Of a stretch of DNA of 64,000 bases, positions 39,304 through 53,600 are shown piece after piece; position 1 is the first letter of the stretch; each line of letters starts with the position of its first letter. The position numbers and the translations under genes were made by a program. This stretch comes from Lingula anatina (taxonomy: Eukaryota > Animalia > Brachiopoda). Under the pieces are notes generated by a model. It was given only the letters and a program-made list of their open reading frames with translations. It had not been told where the DNA came from and made no database searches. The stretch lies in NCBI GenBank assembly GCA_051362555.1, contig CM120647.1, positions 20,436,651 to 20,500,650 on the forward strand. The letters are read 5' to 3'.

Positions 39304-39756
39304 AATGTTACCACTTCAATTATTTTCTGTAATTTGAAATTGGTCAGCATCTTATATTGATCGCCATTAAAGCATAAACACAACTTCCTTTTGCTTTGAA
39401 ATTTTACTTTTAGATTGGAGAGAACTATATCTTTCAGTATAGACATACCAAGTTAATAAAGAATTGCTCAAGGTAATATATGTATTTGACGTGTGTATGG
39501 GATCCTTTGTTTATTTTGTTACTACTAGAATTTTATGGAAAACATCCGGCCTGATTCTTACTTATACGTGATCTATTCACACCTACAGTTGTCCTTACGT
39601 GATATGATTTGGAACATGAATATCACAAAATAAGGGCTAATAAAGAAACATAATGAGAGTGTATGTGAAGTTAAAATATACGTCTCTCAGTCACCTCTTT
39701 TATTCGTTTGAATTAAGTTCTATGACTGACTTGCAACTCGTCAAGTCACATCTTAA

Positions 39757-40568
39757 AGGGATAATAACTCTTCGTATGAGATCTATATTTCACAATAAAA
39801 ACACTGTAAACAACTCATAGAAATATAATATATTCTGTTTTACTACAAAAACAGCAGTTATAGCTATTATGCAGATATCTGAATAGATGGCTATACTCTG
39901 TTATAATCTCTTAAGTGATTATAACTTTAAACCAAAATTTTTAGAAAAAAATCAGGGACTAACTTTGAATGTAGAAATGGATTCGTTAATCATTGGTTAG
40001 TATAGGAAAATTGTCGTTTACTCAGACAATTTATTTTTTGGCCAAAACGAACAGTTGTTATCCCTTTGTTATAACAGAAATATAAGACTCAGCACCAAAA
40101 TCAACACTCTGAAAGCCTACATATGGTCCATCCTTCTGTACGGATGCGAATGCTGGACGCTAACAAAAAACCTCGAAAGAAGACTTGAAGCAGCAGAAAT
40201 GTGGTATATCAGAAGAATTATGAGAATATCATGGACTGAAAAGAAGTCAAACGAAGAAGTAATGGAAATGGCCGGGTACAAAAGATCCCTACTCAGAACC
40301 ATCAGAAAAAGACAACTACAATTTTTTGGGCACATAATCAGAGCTGATGGAATAGAAAAGCAAATACTGTGTGGAAAGATTTGTGGTACCAAAAGCAGAG
40401 GAAGACAACGCACAAAATACACAGACAGTCTGAATAGCTACGCAATGAGGAAAGAATCCCCCAACAATGAACTCATCAGGAGAACTGACAACAGAGAGGA
40501 ATGGAAGGCCATGATCGCCGATGTCTGCAACAGACCTGGCACATGAAGAAGAAGAAGAAGTTATCCCT
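39757..40568. mobile_element. Short TTAA-flanked MITE (Kolobok-like) interrupted at its right end by the RTE fragment
   Basis: ttaa|agggataataactcttcgt ... acgaacagttgttatccct|ttaa, 19-bp TIR with 2 mismatches. Confidence 0.8.
40068..40559 (+). mobile_element. 5'-truncated RTE-clade LINE 3' end with (GAA)n tail and 11-bp TSD
   Basis: LYGCECWTL...RRIMRISWTEKKSNEEV...FFGHIIR...RGRQR; tail gaagaagaag; gttatcccttt at 40057-40067 and 40560-40570. Confidence 0.9.
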
Positions 40569-41412
40569 TTAATCATTTAAAACATATATCTTTCCATCAA
40601 TAACTGATTGCAGTGTAAAGAAATGTTAAAAGCTGATATGCAACCAGCTTCATATATGTTTATAAATAAGGGTTTGACTACATATGTTGCAGTGAAAACT
40701 CAGCCGTGTCTCTGAAGGTGAGCCGGTATGATTCAAATATCATTTTCCCTTTTGTATTGTTTTTCCCCTTCTTTCCCTATTTCTGATGTTATGTCACCCA
40801 GGTGCCTAAAAATTGCGGCATGCTTTTTTCACTTCTGTTTTTAGTCAACTGTCCAATTGTTTTCAAAATGACAAAGCGGTCCTTTCATCTATTTGAATAC
40901 CGTCATCAAAAGTTGACCAATTTTCTCATTAAAGTTTTTCCTTTCTCACTATTAAAAATTGTTATTTTTTATTGATTTAAAGTATTGATATCGTAAAAAT
41001 TTTTTTAAAAATATTTTGTTTTTAGAAAACTGTAGGGTTTAAGTAACAGAACCGCATGGGGTGCCATGGTGAATAATACAATGAAAAGGAAAATGTTGCT
41101 CTTACGGTATTTAATTTCATTGCACGTATATGTATATAAGTAATTGGCATACGTGAAACGAGGAAAAAAGCAACTTGGCAAATTTAAGCCTTTTAAACGC
41201 ATCTGTCTTCCTTAAAAAGAGAGATCATATTGAAGCCCTTCCCTGAGGAAGCCATTTTAAATAATACAATGTTGTACTTTGCCGGCGGTAAAGATCCTAA
41301 CCTTAAATGCACGTGTATGTATTACCTTGATGTTTACAAGTAGCTATGATGCTTTACCACCTTTTAAAAATATTCTTTGTTTGCAATATAGCAATCAAAT
41401 TTAAATAATAGA

Positions 41413-44400
41413 CTCTAAATGGTAGAAAGCAGGGAGATACTCTCGGATACTATACATGTCACAGTAATAATGGGAATAGTGTGGTAGACTACATGGTGAT
41501 TGGTTCAGATCTATTGAAATCAATCAAAAATCTCTGTGTAAACCCCATTGCCTATATCTCAGACCATTGTTTACTGGAATGCATTCTTGAAATGAAATTA
41601 AAACAAGGTGAAAAAACACAACAACATGAAACTACAAATATTAAAAGCAAATTTATATGGGATAAAGATTCCAAAGTAGCCTTTGAAGAGGTTTTCATAA
41701 GTGCAGGAATAACACAAAAAATTATAGATTACGAATGCACCTCCTTTGCTAATAACGAATTAGGAGTAAATGATGCAGTGAATGAGTTCACAAACATAAT
41801 GGAATCAGCAGCAAACCGGGCACTCAAAAGAAGGCGTTCACATGTTAACAAAAAATCCAAACACAAAATGAAACAACCGTGGTTCGACCAGGACTGTAAC
41901 ATACTAAGAAAAGAAAGTATAGGACTAGGAAAAAAGCTGAGAAGAGACCCATTTAATATGGCACTGAAAACTAGTTATCATCGAGCAACAAAAGAATACA
42001 AAAAACTAGTGAAATATAAAAAGAAGCAAATGAAAAACAATATTTTGAACAACCTATTACACATGGAAAATAAAAACCCTAAAGAATTTTGGGAAATCAT
42101 AGGGCAACTGAAGGGGCAAATGAAAAGTGACTCATCGGAATACATTGAGCCCAATACTTGGTACAACTACTTTAAAAAATTAGGTGAGAGTCAGAACTCT
42201 CAAAATGATCAGAACTTACACGAAAGTCTAGCCAACCTAGAAAAACACTTAGACCAAGAACAATACAAAAAGTTGGACTACCCCATAACCATCAACGAAA
42301 TTAAATCAGCTATCAGAGGTCTGAAAATCAGAAAATCATGCGGAGAAGATACAATATCTAATGAAATGCTAAAAACGTCTGCCGCATTCATAGCTAAATC
42401 ACTGGCTAAACTATTCAATCTAATCCTAGGTAGTGGTAAATTCCCCTCTCTTTGGAATAAAGGTATGATAAAGCCACTGCTGAAGTCTGGAGATCCCTTA
42501 AACCCACAAAACTACCGAGGAATTTGTATAAGCAGCTGTTTAGGAAAACTTTTCACTTCAATTCTAAATACCAGGCTTCTCTCTTACATCGAAGAATGTG
42601 AATCTCTTTCTAAAGAACAAGCAGGGTTCCGCCCTACATATAGAACCTCAGACAATATGTTCATTCTTAACAGCCTTATTAACCAATTCATCAATAAGAA
42701 TAATAAGATATACGGAATCTTTTATAGATCTTAAAAAAGCTTTTGATAGCGTGTGGATTGAAGGTCTATTCCTCAAAGTATTAAAACAAAAAATAGGAGG
42801 AAACTTTTACAGAACAATAAAACACATGTATCAAACTACAGAGCTGTGTGTCAAAATTGGCCAAAGACGCACAAACTACTTTAAGACAGATATAGGAATA
42901 AGGCAAGGTGACAGCTTGAGTCCAATGCTTTTTAATATTTACATAGATGATATGAAAAATATATTCAACAGCACATGTGATCCCGTAAAAGTTAATGCCA
43001 ACACTACAATCAGTCACCTTTTATATGCTGATGACCTCGTTATTCTATCTAAATCTGCAAAGGGCCTACAAAAAAGTCTGGACAATCTGGGGGACTACTG
43101 CAAAAAATGGAAACTCACAGTCATTACCAACAAAACGAAAGTAATGGTATTTAGTAAGTCAGGCAAAAAACCAAACTTGAATTTCACAATAGACCATCAA
43201 ACAATAGAAATAACACATGAATATAATTATTTAGGGATAAAATTCAAACCGAATGGATCATTCAAAAGCGCACTTGATGATCTGAAAGGTAAAGCCATGA
43301 AGGCGGTTTTTGCAGTTAAGCAGGCTTTACAGTCCACCACCCACAATATGACCCAGACACATTTAAAACTCTTCGATGTCCTTATAAAACCCATACTGAT
43401 GTACGGATGCGAAATCTGGGGACCATCAATCACATCTAAAAGCATAAAATCTCTTAAATACATGAATACTTTGCCATTTGAAGTAGTACAAAATAACTAT
43501 TGCAAATACATTTTAGGTGTGAGGCGCAATGCCAGTAATATAGCAGCTAAAGCAGAACTAGGTAGATTCCCAATTACACATGACATAATTTGTCATGCTA
43601 CATCCTACTGGCAAAGATTTTCTGAAATGCCAAAGCAGCGCTTGGCAAAAACAATGTATGAATATGAAACAAAACATGATACACAGGTAAAAAATTGGTC
43701 AAGGGAAATCAAATACATTACTCAAAATCTAATGAAAACACAGACTAATACCCCCTCGAAAGCAGAAGTAAAGAACGCACTGGAAAGTCATTATACCCTT
43801 TTGTTTCTCAAAGAAATAGAGCGAGAAAACAGCATACTACGTACATATCGATTATTTAAAACAAATTATGAAAGGGAAGCGTACACAACAGCACCTATAC
43901 CAAAACATGAAATGCAAAATTTGGCAAAATTTAGAACAGGGGCACATGACTTAGAAATCCAAAGAGGCAGATACCGAAAACCAAAATCAATACCCCCTGA
44001 AGAATGGATCTGCAAGTTATGCTCAGAGGAAGTGGAAAACGAAATACACTTTCTTTTAAAATGCCCCTTACTCACCAAACACAGGGAGATCCTAAAACCA
44101 GATCCTACACAAACCCCAGAGGGTCAATTCAAATGCATAATGCAGTCAAATGATTTACAAGTTATAAAGAATGTGGCCCACTATATCACAATGTGTAATA
44201 AGGAAAGAAAGAATATTCTCAACCAACCACCACCTAGTCAACCAAAGTAACTGAGCGTATACTGCAATTGTAAAATCTGATCACAGTTATTGTATAAACA
44301 ATATTGTAATTTACTATTGTAATTTTAGTTATATGATTATATAATGTATACTGTTAGGTCATAGTCATTGTAAAAAATGTACTTGAACCGCAATAAATAA

Positions 44401-44415
44401 ATAATAAAAAAAAAA
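41413..44415 (+). mobile_element. 5'-truncated non-LTR retrotransposon (APE endonuclease end + RT + C-terminal Cys/His knuckle) with a single frameshift; clade not assigned with certainty (RTE-X/Proto2-like)
   Basis: LNGR..G.YT...G.SVVDY and SDH (endonuclease); NYRGI, QAGFR, FIDLKKAFD, GIRQGDSLSPMLF, YADD (RT); CKLC...EIHFLLKC; one extra T near 42720 splits ORFs 41481-42734 and 42598-44250; (AATA)n/poly-A tail at 44392-44415. Confidence 0.93.
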
Positions 44416-45614
44416 GCTTAATGCCTGAGTTGTGTCTTTTAGGTGTGTTGATAACAGGTTTGACATTTTAGTGACGGTTATTTGTCTTTTTCTTGAGTTT
44501 TAAAGTGAAAATGAGGTCGAATCCGAAATTGTATTGTTAATGTCAGTATTTCAGGATTTGTTCTCTATCATTAAAATTAAAAATGGAATAAAACATCAAA
44601 GCAAAATACAGGAGCAATAATTCATGAGTGGGGGAAGTTGTTTTTGCCCCGAGGAAAAGTCGTTTTAGCGGGAAGGTATCGTTTTGATTACCTACAGGGT
44701 ACCCCTGTATACACTATTACACTACACCTCTATATATATATCACACCTAACACAACTGTAAACTTCGTAAGTTTAAAATCTCTTACCTTAAACAAATGTC
44801 ATAAAACCTTACATCACAATTAACCAAACCTTAGACTTTACTGGTGCTCGTGGTGTAAACTACTGTACATAAGTGTTTTTCCTTGAGGCAAAAGCAATTT
44901 CCTCCACTCACGAATCATTGCTCGATCCATCTCTGTATATTGCTTTCTAAGCTAGCTTTGCTATGTTGATTTTGCTTTTTTATTCACTCACAGTGTATTT
45001 AAGTGTTTATATGAATTATTCATGTGTTTTAGGGAAACTAGGACGGTGTTGGGCAAAATGATTGAAATGTTAGTAAAGTTTTTTTTTCTAGGCTTGCAAT
45101 TGTAATGAGATTTAGAATATAAAGTACCCCATAACACTTTGCGGTAATTACAAGTATTTCAAAAGCCATTCCATCTTAAATTCGGCTAGCACACGTGCTT
45201 GATGTGTCCATAATTTTCTAAATATGATCTAATAGGGAATAGGTTATTTATGTTCCGCTGTATTATACATGTATTCATAACTTTCAGCATTTCACAAATA
45301 TTTTTGTTGTATTGATTCATTCATGCTATGTGTAGAAGCTAATCATGAGAAAGGTTCTCATTAAAATAATGCATATTAAGCAAACGTTTGAGACCCGCAT
45401 TCTTTATTACATTGCCAATTTAAGGAGTCATTAAAAAATTGCAGAAATACGTGCAACAAATAAGGTAATGTGTGTTTCATATCAAGCCTCGTATTGAATC
45501 ACAACAAATCAGAAGTCACGATATTTTTTGTCTCAAAACATCTGAGGAGTGGCATTCGTCTGGAGTTAAACTGTAGGTTATTGGTATATTGTTCTTGTTT
45601 TTGCGAGAGACACT

Positions 45615-45767
45615 ATGTTTGGGCATTCACTGCTTGCAGCGTTGGTTCTGATTCAATGTATTGACAGTGGAGAAGCCATGGGCGGTAAGTCTATGAATAT
45701 CAGACCTTTATTATGTCTTTGTTCACATGTATTTATTTCTCTCCATGACTGCATTATTGGATCGAGT

Positions 45768-45818
<51 letters not shown>

Positions 45819-48800
45819 GTATACCCATAGGGTATGTCCGATCGTCAGGAAGTGTTTATTAAAAAATTAACATACATGTACTCTATGGGTATGCCCATGA
45901 AACCCAGTTTTTTTTTTTTTTTTTTTTGGATAGTGTATAAATGCTCCGCATAGTTGAGCTCTCTGGATGCCACACACACATATATATAGATAACTTTCCA
46001 CCTGAAATGACTGGAGAAATAACAACAGGTTTGAGGTGAATAATCATTTGCAGTTAATCTGCACTTGCAGGTAAATAAGTGAATGTTGCCTGCCAGCAAG
46101 ATTACCACTCAACCTGCGTTTATTTGCTTTATTGGATGTATTAGTTAAAACATTGTGCTGGTAATTAACCCGTGCATGCAATGGCGAGCTAATTAAAATA
46201 ATGTATACTGGTGGGGATGATGTTACTGAAATTGTACCGTTAAGTGGTCAAATAAAGGTGCATATCGGGCAAATAGACAGACCACTCCTTTTGTAGGACG
46301 TTTCTCTGCAGAAGGAAATGATTGGCAACTCTCACGGTGAGGACGTGCGTTGGCAACCTGTAGAATGGTTCCATGGCCTGTCCTACTGAAAAATGGCATT
46401 ACCAACTGTACCAGGATTTTATTTCTGAATAGAATCCGATGAGTTTGCCAGCAGTAATGTAAAGGGAAGTATGTTACTGTACTTGAACACCCACGCCATA
46501 CCATTGCACTGTCACCACTACATTTGTTTGAGTCACATCTATCTGGACTCGCCTGTATACGTGAGTTATGTCATTGCTTATCTGGGTTGTAAATCTGAAC
46601 TCAGTAAAGGCAATGCAACCAGTAATCATTCTTACTTTGCCCAGCGTTTCTGAAAGGTTGCCAACGCAAGAGAGGTTCTTTATCTTGCCAGTGGGTCCTG
46701 GTCGCACTGCCTAAAGTCTTCAACAAAGGTTTGGCTCAATTAAACGACTTATTACAATTTGACCATTAATGGAAGTGTGAGTGGTCCTTCTGGGGGATAT
46801 TTTTAGCTTTCTGGTAGGGTCAGTAAGGTTCCGTATGACAGTCAAATAAAGAAAATTGTCCTTAAGTGGGGATGTGACACGACATCGATTAACCTGGGAC
46901 TGTTGCCTACAATGACAAATTATGTCGCTGGGGCACGGAAAAATGTGTCAGTCAATGCTCTTACAGTGTGAATCTCACGATAGCCATTCACATGGGCATT
47001 GCAAGTACGCTATCAATCCAGCAGAGCCTCTCTTTTCCCAAGCATAAGCCCCAGGAAGTTGTGACATCATATACATTTACCCAAATATTTACCCATTTCA
47101 CCCCAATAAAATCATTATTATTACTTTTAACCAGTGCAATTTTTTTTAAATTGAAAGTCATTTTAAATAAGATTGTAGTTAATGTGGGTTGATGACTTTG
47201 TCTTGGAATTGCTTAATTTTTATGACAGTAGGCATGGTTCTTTTTTTTTTTTTTTTTTTTTTGTATCTTCATTGGCAAGCGTTAATCAACTTCTTTTGAG
47301 AAGTATACATTTTCTCCAAAGGGGTGTGTAACTGATGTTCAATAATCAGACATAGCAGTTTTGTTATTCAGAGGCACTACAGCTGTCGGTTTATACATGT
47401 ATATAAATTATCTGGGATAAACAACTATAAATCAACTTTGCTTGATAACAACTGTTTATTAGTTACTTGTACTTTTAATCCAATCTAAATAGCATGAAAG
47501 GCAACCCACACACTCCAGGTGTATGAGAAATCAATTACAAGGGTAATTGTTTTTTTAATAAAAAGCATGGCACTTCAATATAAATTTCATCTATATCTTT
47601 ATTGCCAAAAATACGTGTAATTAATTACGAAAAAAATAGAAAAAAATATTTTCTGATTTCTTTAACAAGCCAACAAAATAACAGCCAACTGTCATTTTCA
47701 TGAATTTGCAAATATGTATTTTTAGTTGTAAGTCACAAATTAAAGTGACTGTTTTCCAGTTTAACTTATAGACATGGAATATACACCAGTACGCTTAATC
47801 AGCAATTCCAGATCATGAATGATATAGTACGGCTTTGTAGAGTTTGAATGCGAGTGCATATATTTCAAACAAACGTTGTACAACCGATTTCAACAATTTT
47901 TACTTCTAGCTGGCACTCGGGTTCTCCACTTCCCTGAGCCAGATAGCACCCTATCATGGTCACTACTGCACACAAGTACACCTGATTTAAATGCCTTCAC
48001 AGCCTGTGTATGGATCAAAACCATCCGCACCACAAGCGGCCCCATTCTATCCTACGGCTCAGAGAGTTGTCGCCAGTGTATTGAACTTGGATACAGCCCC
48101 TTTGGTCACGGCTACTCCGTTGTTTTGAAAGGTGATAATGTACTGAATGGGTCATCTCGTGCCGAACCGCCCCTACCGGCCGATGGGAACTGGCACCACT
48201 GGTGTGTGGTGTGGAGTGGTGCCAGGAGAGAGATTAATATCTACAGGGATGGTCTCCACGCGCTGAGTCAACATGTTAAAGTTTCACGTATACCCGGAGG
48301 TAATATGTCATGATAATTTGAATAATATGGAAATTTATAATTTTTATAAACTTGCTGTAGTCTCTTATCTTCCCAGCATATTAATATGAGCAAACAAGGC
48401 ACAGCATGTTAAAAAATTTTACTGTAAACATCGTATACATTTTTTCATTGAAATGTCTAAACTTTCCACGGGGTTGCTTTTGGTGATCATGTCATAGTAT
48501 TCACTTGTAAAATAACGACCAGATCAATCAGTTGATATGACCCATGATCTGGCATAGTGGCAAAATGTTTTAATATCCCTTACTCTAATTTAGAACGAGT
48601 CGGAACGAGTCCTTATAACTTCTGTAAATATGTATTGTTTACATAACATTATTGTTTCAACTTGTTATGAATAATTAAGTCTTGATTTTAAATTCATTTC
48701 ATTCTAATACACAATTTCAGGTGGTAAATGGGTTGTTGGACACACTCAGTGTGAGGCAAGTCCTGATACTCTTCCTAAGCATCCATCATTCGTAGGGTTC

Positions 48801-48947
48801 GTCGGCGGCGTCAACGTCTGGAACCATGATAACGTCGACATCCCCGGCCTGGCAATATGTGCCAATACTAACGAGGGAAGTCTCATTTCTTGGGATACTG
48901 TCACCAAGACCAACTACAAGGTCGGGACATATGAGGAACATTGTTAA
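45615..48947 (+). CDS. Secreted short pentraxin-like protein, copy 8 (exons 45615-45684, 47910-48299, 48721-48947; 228 aa)
   Basis: Leader MFGHSLLAALVLIQCIDSGEAMG G|gtaagt; acceptors cttctag and tttcag; open frame with all pentraxin motifs. Confidence 0.9.
46223..46710 (-). mobile_element. Degraded Tc1-like transposase remnant in copy 8 intron 1
   Basis: ILVQLVMPFF...TILQVANARPHR resembles the Tc1 QQDNARPH region. Confidence 0.55.
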
Positions 48948-49767
48948 AATGTTACCACTACATTTACTTTTCTGTAATATGACATGGCCTGTATCCTATA
49001 TGGATCGCCATTAAAGCATCAGTACCTCTTCATTTTGCTTTGAAATTGAACTTTTACATTGGAATGAACTATATTTTCCAGAATCAAAATACCAAGTTAA
49101 TAAAAATTTACCGAAAGCAACCATATGGATTTGATGTGAATGTGGTACCCTTGTTAATTTTGTAATAATTGGAATTTTATTAAAACCATCCAGCCTGTTT
49201 CTAACTAATACTGAATCTATTCGCACCTACAATTGTCTCCACTTGACCTGATTTCGAATATGAATATCACAGAATAAAAGCTAAAAAAGAAGCATAAGAG
49301 TGTATGTAAAGTTTAAATGTATGATCTCTCCGTCAAACCTTTTATTCATTCACTTCATTTGCTTTTTAAATTAACTCCCGTGACTGACGTGCAAGTTGCC
49401 ACATCACATCTTAATAAATAAGAATATAACTATTTCCATCAATTACAGATTGCAATGTAAATTAACTTTTAGCTCACATGACACCTGCTACAAATACATA
49501 CTGTAGACCTGAATTTGTTCAAGCTTAATGCGAGATACATTATTAATTAACATACTATTATATCTGACTACATCCTTCAGCGTTGCTTAGCATTGTAATC
49601 AGTTGCAGTGACTCAGATTTATTTTGTTAAGTAACTTTACATACAGAAGTAAGCGATGCCCGCATACAAAAAGCAATGAGATTTATATCCGATGCCTCGT
49701 TTTGAAACATAAAATAAACCGAATGGAAATGCTGCAGTACATTGGTGTACTTTCTTTGTTTCTGTAA

Positions 49768-50673
49768 GGCCCCTATTTCACACAGACCACGAATCCCACC
49801 AATCGCCAGGAATTGAGAAATTTCAGGATTCGAGAGGATTCGTGAGATTTTGCCAATTTTCTGGTCTAATTCGACACGCTCACGGTTCAGTTACGATACA
49901 GGTACGATAGTGTTACGAATATTCGTGGTATTCGGCTGGAATCGCACGAATATTGTCCAGAAATTCACTACGATTTTTTGGAATCGGGAGTTCGCGGCCA
50001 AAACTTTGAACAGCTTAAAATTTTTGCCACGAATTCCCGATTGATCAAGAATTGCAAGAACTGACTACGATTATATACGAATCTGTTAAGAACTTCACGA
50101 ACTGATTACGATTCAACCACGAATCCTGAAATTTTCAATTCCTGGCGATTCGTGGGATTCGTGGTCTGTATGAAATAGGGGCATCAAAGTTTTTGCCACC
50201 AATGCCTGTTGGTCACGAAGTGCAAGAACTGACTACGATTATATACGAATCTGTTAAGAACTTCACGAGCTGATTACGAGTCAACCACGAATCGTGCAAT
50301 TTGTCAATTCCTGGCCATTCGTGGGATTCGCATAATGCCCCTATTTCACACAGACCACAAATCCCACGAATCGCCAGGAATTGACAAATTTCAGGATTCG
50401 TGGTTGAATCGTAATCAGTTCATGAAGTTCTTAACAGATTCGTATATAATCGTAGTCAGTTCTTGCAATTCTTGATCAATCGGGAATTCGTGGCAAAAAT
50501 TTTGAGCTGTTCCAGCCTAATCCCTAGAATATTCGTAACACTATCGCACCTGTATCGTAACTGAACCGTAGAGCGTGTCGGATTAGCCAGAAAATTTGCA
50601 AAATCTCACGAATCCTGGAATTTGTCTATTCCTGGCGATTCGTGGGATTCGTGGTCTGTGTGAAATAGGGGCA
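49768..50673. mobile_element. Compound PIF/Harbinger-like MITE (two copies in opposite orientation plus a partial copy)
   Basis: TIR gcccctatttcacacagaccacgaatccc near 49769, 50182 (reverse), 50337 and 50672 (reverse); flanked by taa/tta; absent upstream of the other leaders. Confidence 0.8.
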
Positions 50674-50687
50674 TTAGGGACACTATC

Positions 50688-53600
50688 ATGTATGGACGTC
50701 CACTGCTTGCAGCGTTAGTTTGGATTTCTTGTATTGACAGTGGTATCTCATTTTCAGGTAAATGTATGAATGTAATTGCTGCTTTCCCATCAGGATACAT
50801 CATTACAAGTGGGGTTGAACTCCCTAGACGAAAGTATGTTCAGTTCATTGATAACCGAATGAACCGAATAACTGCGTGCATACATTGGTTTATTTCGACC
50901 CAAATTTGCCCATGAAATATAGAACAGGTACTGAGCTTATTTATTATACGATTACCAAATTTCCATGTGCATGAAATTGCTTCTTTGTAAATAACACTTT
51001 ATAAAACGATTCACGATGAATTATATCTCAGACCATTAGTTAAAAGGTATATTTGTTAAGTGCCACAGACTGCAGTATTTTGGTCTACTCGACATGTTTA
51101 TCTTGAAAGGTATTTATTGGTGTTGCAACATGGAACGTCTGTTCTTGGAGTGTTAATGTTGACTTCTTGTATTGGTAGTTGATTTGTTTTTGCAAGCTAT
51201 TAAATGAAAGTAACTTTCCCAGCAAGATTATGATATGAACTTGCATGTATTTGCTTTATTCTTTTATTGGATGTAGCGTTTAACATCTTGCTGGTATTGT
51301 AGATATATATGAGGGAGAAAAATATGTTTTGTATTTTTAGGCATCGTTCATAGATATCATAATGAAAAATGCACAAAAAGGTAGAAGGAGTGTCGCAGAC
51401 TGTTATCATTATTTTGGTTCCTGTTGTTGTTTGTGTGTATGTGCCTCTGTATGCAGGTGTGTGCGCACGTGAGTGAAAGTCCACCCTTCCTGAATGTCCA
51501 CCATACCCAAAAATACTAATTAAGGTCCCTCATATATATAAGTGGTACACCATGTTAAGGACTAGATACTGAGCAATAAGTTGAGATAATTGTGTCTGTG
51601 AAATATATTTACATTGAGAGAATATGGGAGAAACCACGATGGAATAGCTGATATTGCGCGGTCGGCTATAACGGAAGTGTTGTCATAAAAAGTTGAGAAA
51701 TCAGAACTTTATAATTGTTATTTTTTATCTTTTCATTATAAATGCAAGCTGGTTATCTTTGTTGGAAATTATGGTTGTCAAATAAAGTGGAGAATGTAGA
51801 AACATTTGACCAAGAAGATGTGCTTTATAGTCATACAACGTTGTGCAATGCGCATTAAAAATAGAATGTGCATTAACCTTGATCTTAGACAACCACAGAC
51901 AGATAATATCTTTAAGGGCACAGATTAGAATATTTTGGTTAACACTGTCTTTCGTTAAGGACACAGCCTAGAATATTTAGGTTAATTATGCCTTTCTTTA
52001 AGGGCACAGACTAGAATATTTAGGTTAATTATGCCTTTCTTTAAGGACACAGCCTAGAATATTTAGGTTAACACTGTCTTTCTTTAAGGGTATAGACTAG
52101 AATATTTAGGTTAATTATGCCTTTCTTTAAGGGTACAGACTAGAATATTTAGGTTAACACTGTCTTTCTTTAAGGACACAGCCTAGAATATTTAGGTTAA
52201 CACTGTCTTTCTTTAAGGGTACAGACTAGAATATTTAGGTTAATTATGCCTTTCTTTAAGGGCACAGACTAGAATATTTAGGTTAATTATGCCTTTCTTT
52301 AAGGGCACAGACTAGAATATTTACGTTAACTCTGCCTTTCTTTTAAGGGCACAGACTAGAATATTTAGGTTAATTCTGCCTTTCTTTAAGTGCACAGACT
52401 AGAATATTTACGTTAACTCTGCCTTTCTTTAAGGGCACATACTACAATATTTTGGTTCAGTCTGCCTTTCTCTTTCTTTCTTTCTTTCACAGGATTACAA
52501 ACGGTGTATAGTCATCCAAATGCTAAAGAAAATGTAAAGACTTTTTTCTCTCTGATTACGTCACTAGGATAAAATTTAATAACCATGGTCACGAATGCAC
52601 AGGGAAATGCAAATGGCGTTTAAACATCGGCTGGACCTTAAGAGAGAGAGAGGATAATCCAGTATACCTTAAAATATGAACTGAGACGCAGTTTAATGCG
52701 GAGTTAACATGTTCACATTTTCGTATGTGTTCATATTTATAGGTTTACGACTAATGATCTTTGCAACCGTGTGGTTACAGGCCTGCAGTCGGTTTTCAAT
52801 TATCAAGGATTGCTGACAGGTTGTTTGGCACTCGGCAAACGGTATGCAACTGGTAACCTGTAACTTGAAGGTGGTATTTAAGATGCTACAGATGCTATAT
52901 ATATAGTGCAACCGTGTTCCAACTGGTTTGCTGTTTCGTTAACATTGTCACTCGTCATTGAAAGAGATTCTAGTCTTGTGTTGTCCATGTCTTCTTTTTT
53001 CCGGAACAGTTCCAATCAAGACATATTTCGCTAAACCGTCACTTTTAGCTACATGGCTGAGGTACCTAAACTTCCTTTCGTTGATGGTGTCTAAGAGTCT
53101 GTTGCATGCTCCAGTGTGTTCAAGGACCTAGTCAGTTATTCGTCTGTCCACCCAAATCGCGCGTAGTAATCTGCGGTAGCACCATAGTTCAAATGAGGTG
53201 ATTCATTTCTGATCAGTTTTCCTGAAGACCCAGCATTCTGCTCCATAGCTAGCTACGGGAAACATCATTGCTAGCAACATTTATTATTACTATTATTTGT
53301 GTGTGTGTACACAGTGTAATCTAGGATTTAATATCTGTCCTACATGTCAGTATTCCTTTTTTAATTTCAGATGGTGTTCGGGTTCTGCATTTCCCTGAGC
53401 CAGATAACACCCTATCATGGTCACTACTGCACACAAATACCCCGGATTTAAAGGCATTCACAGCCTGCGTATGGATCAAAACCATCCGCACCACAAGCGG
53501 CCCCATTCTATCCTACGGCTCAGAGAGTTGTCGCCAGTGTATTGAACTTGGATACAGCCCTGTTGGTCACGGCTACTCGGTTGTTTTGAAAGGCGGTGAC

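Noticed and set aside
42700-42740. Programmed frameshift between the two LINE ORFs
   Set aside because: The break falls inside the RT domain at a T-run; mutation or sequencing error is the simpler explanation
51910-52469. CRISPR-like regular array
   Set aside because: Units are contiguous with no unique spacers, there are no cas genes and the context is eukaryotic; it is a minisatellite
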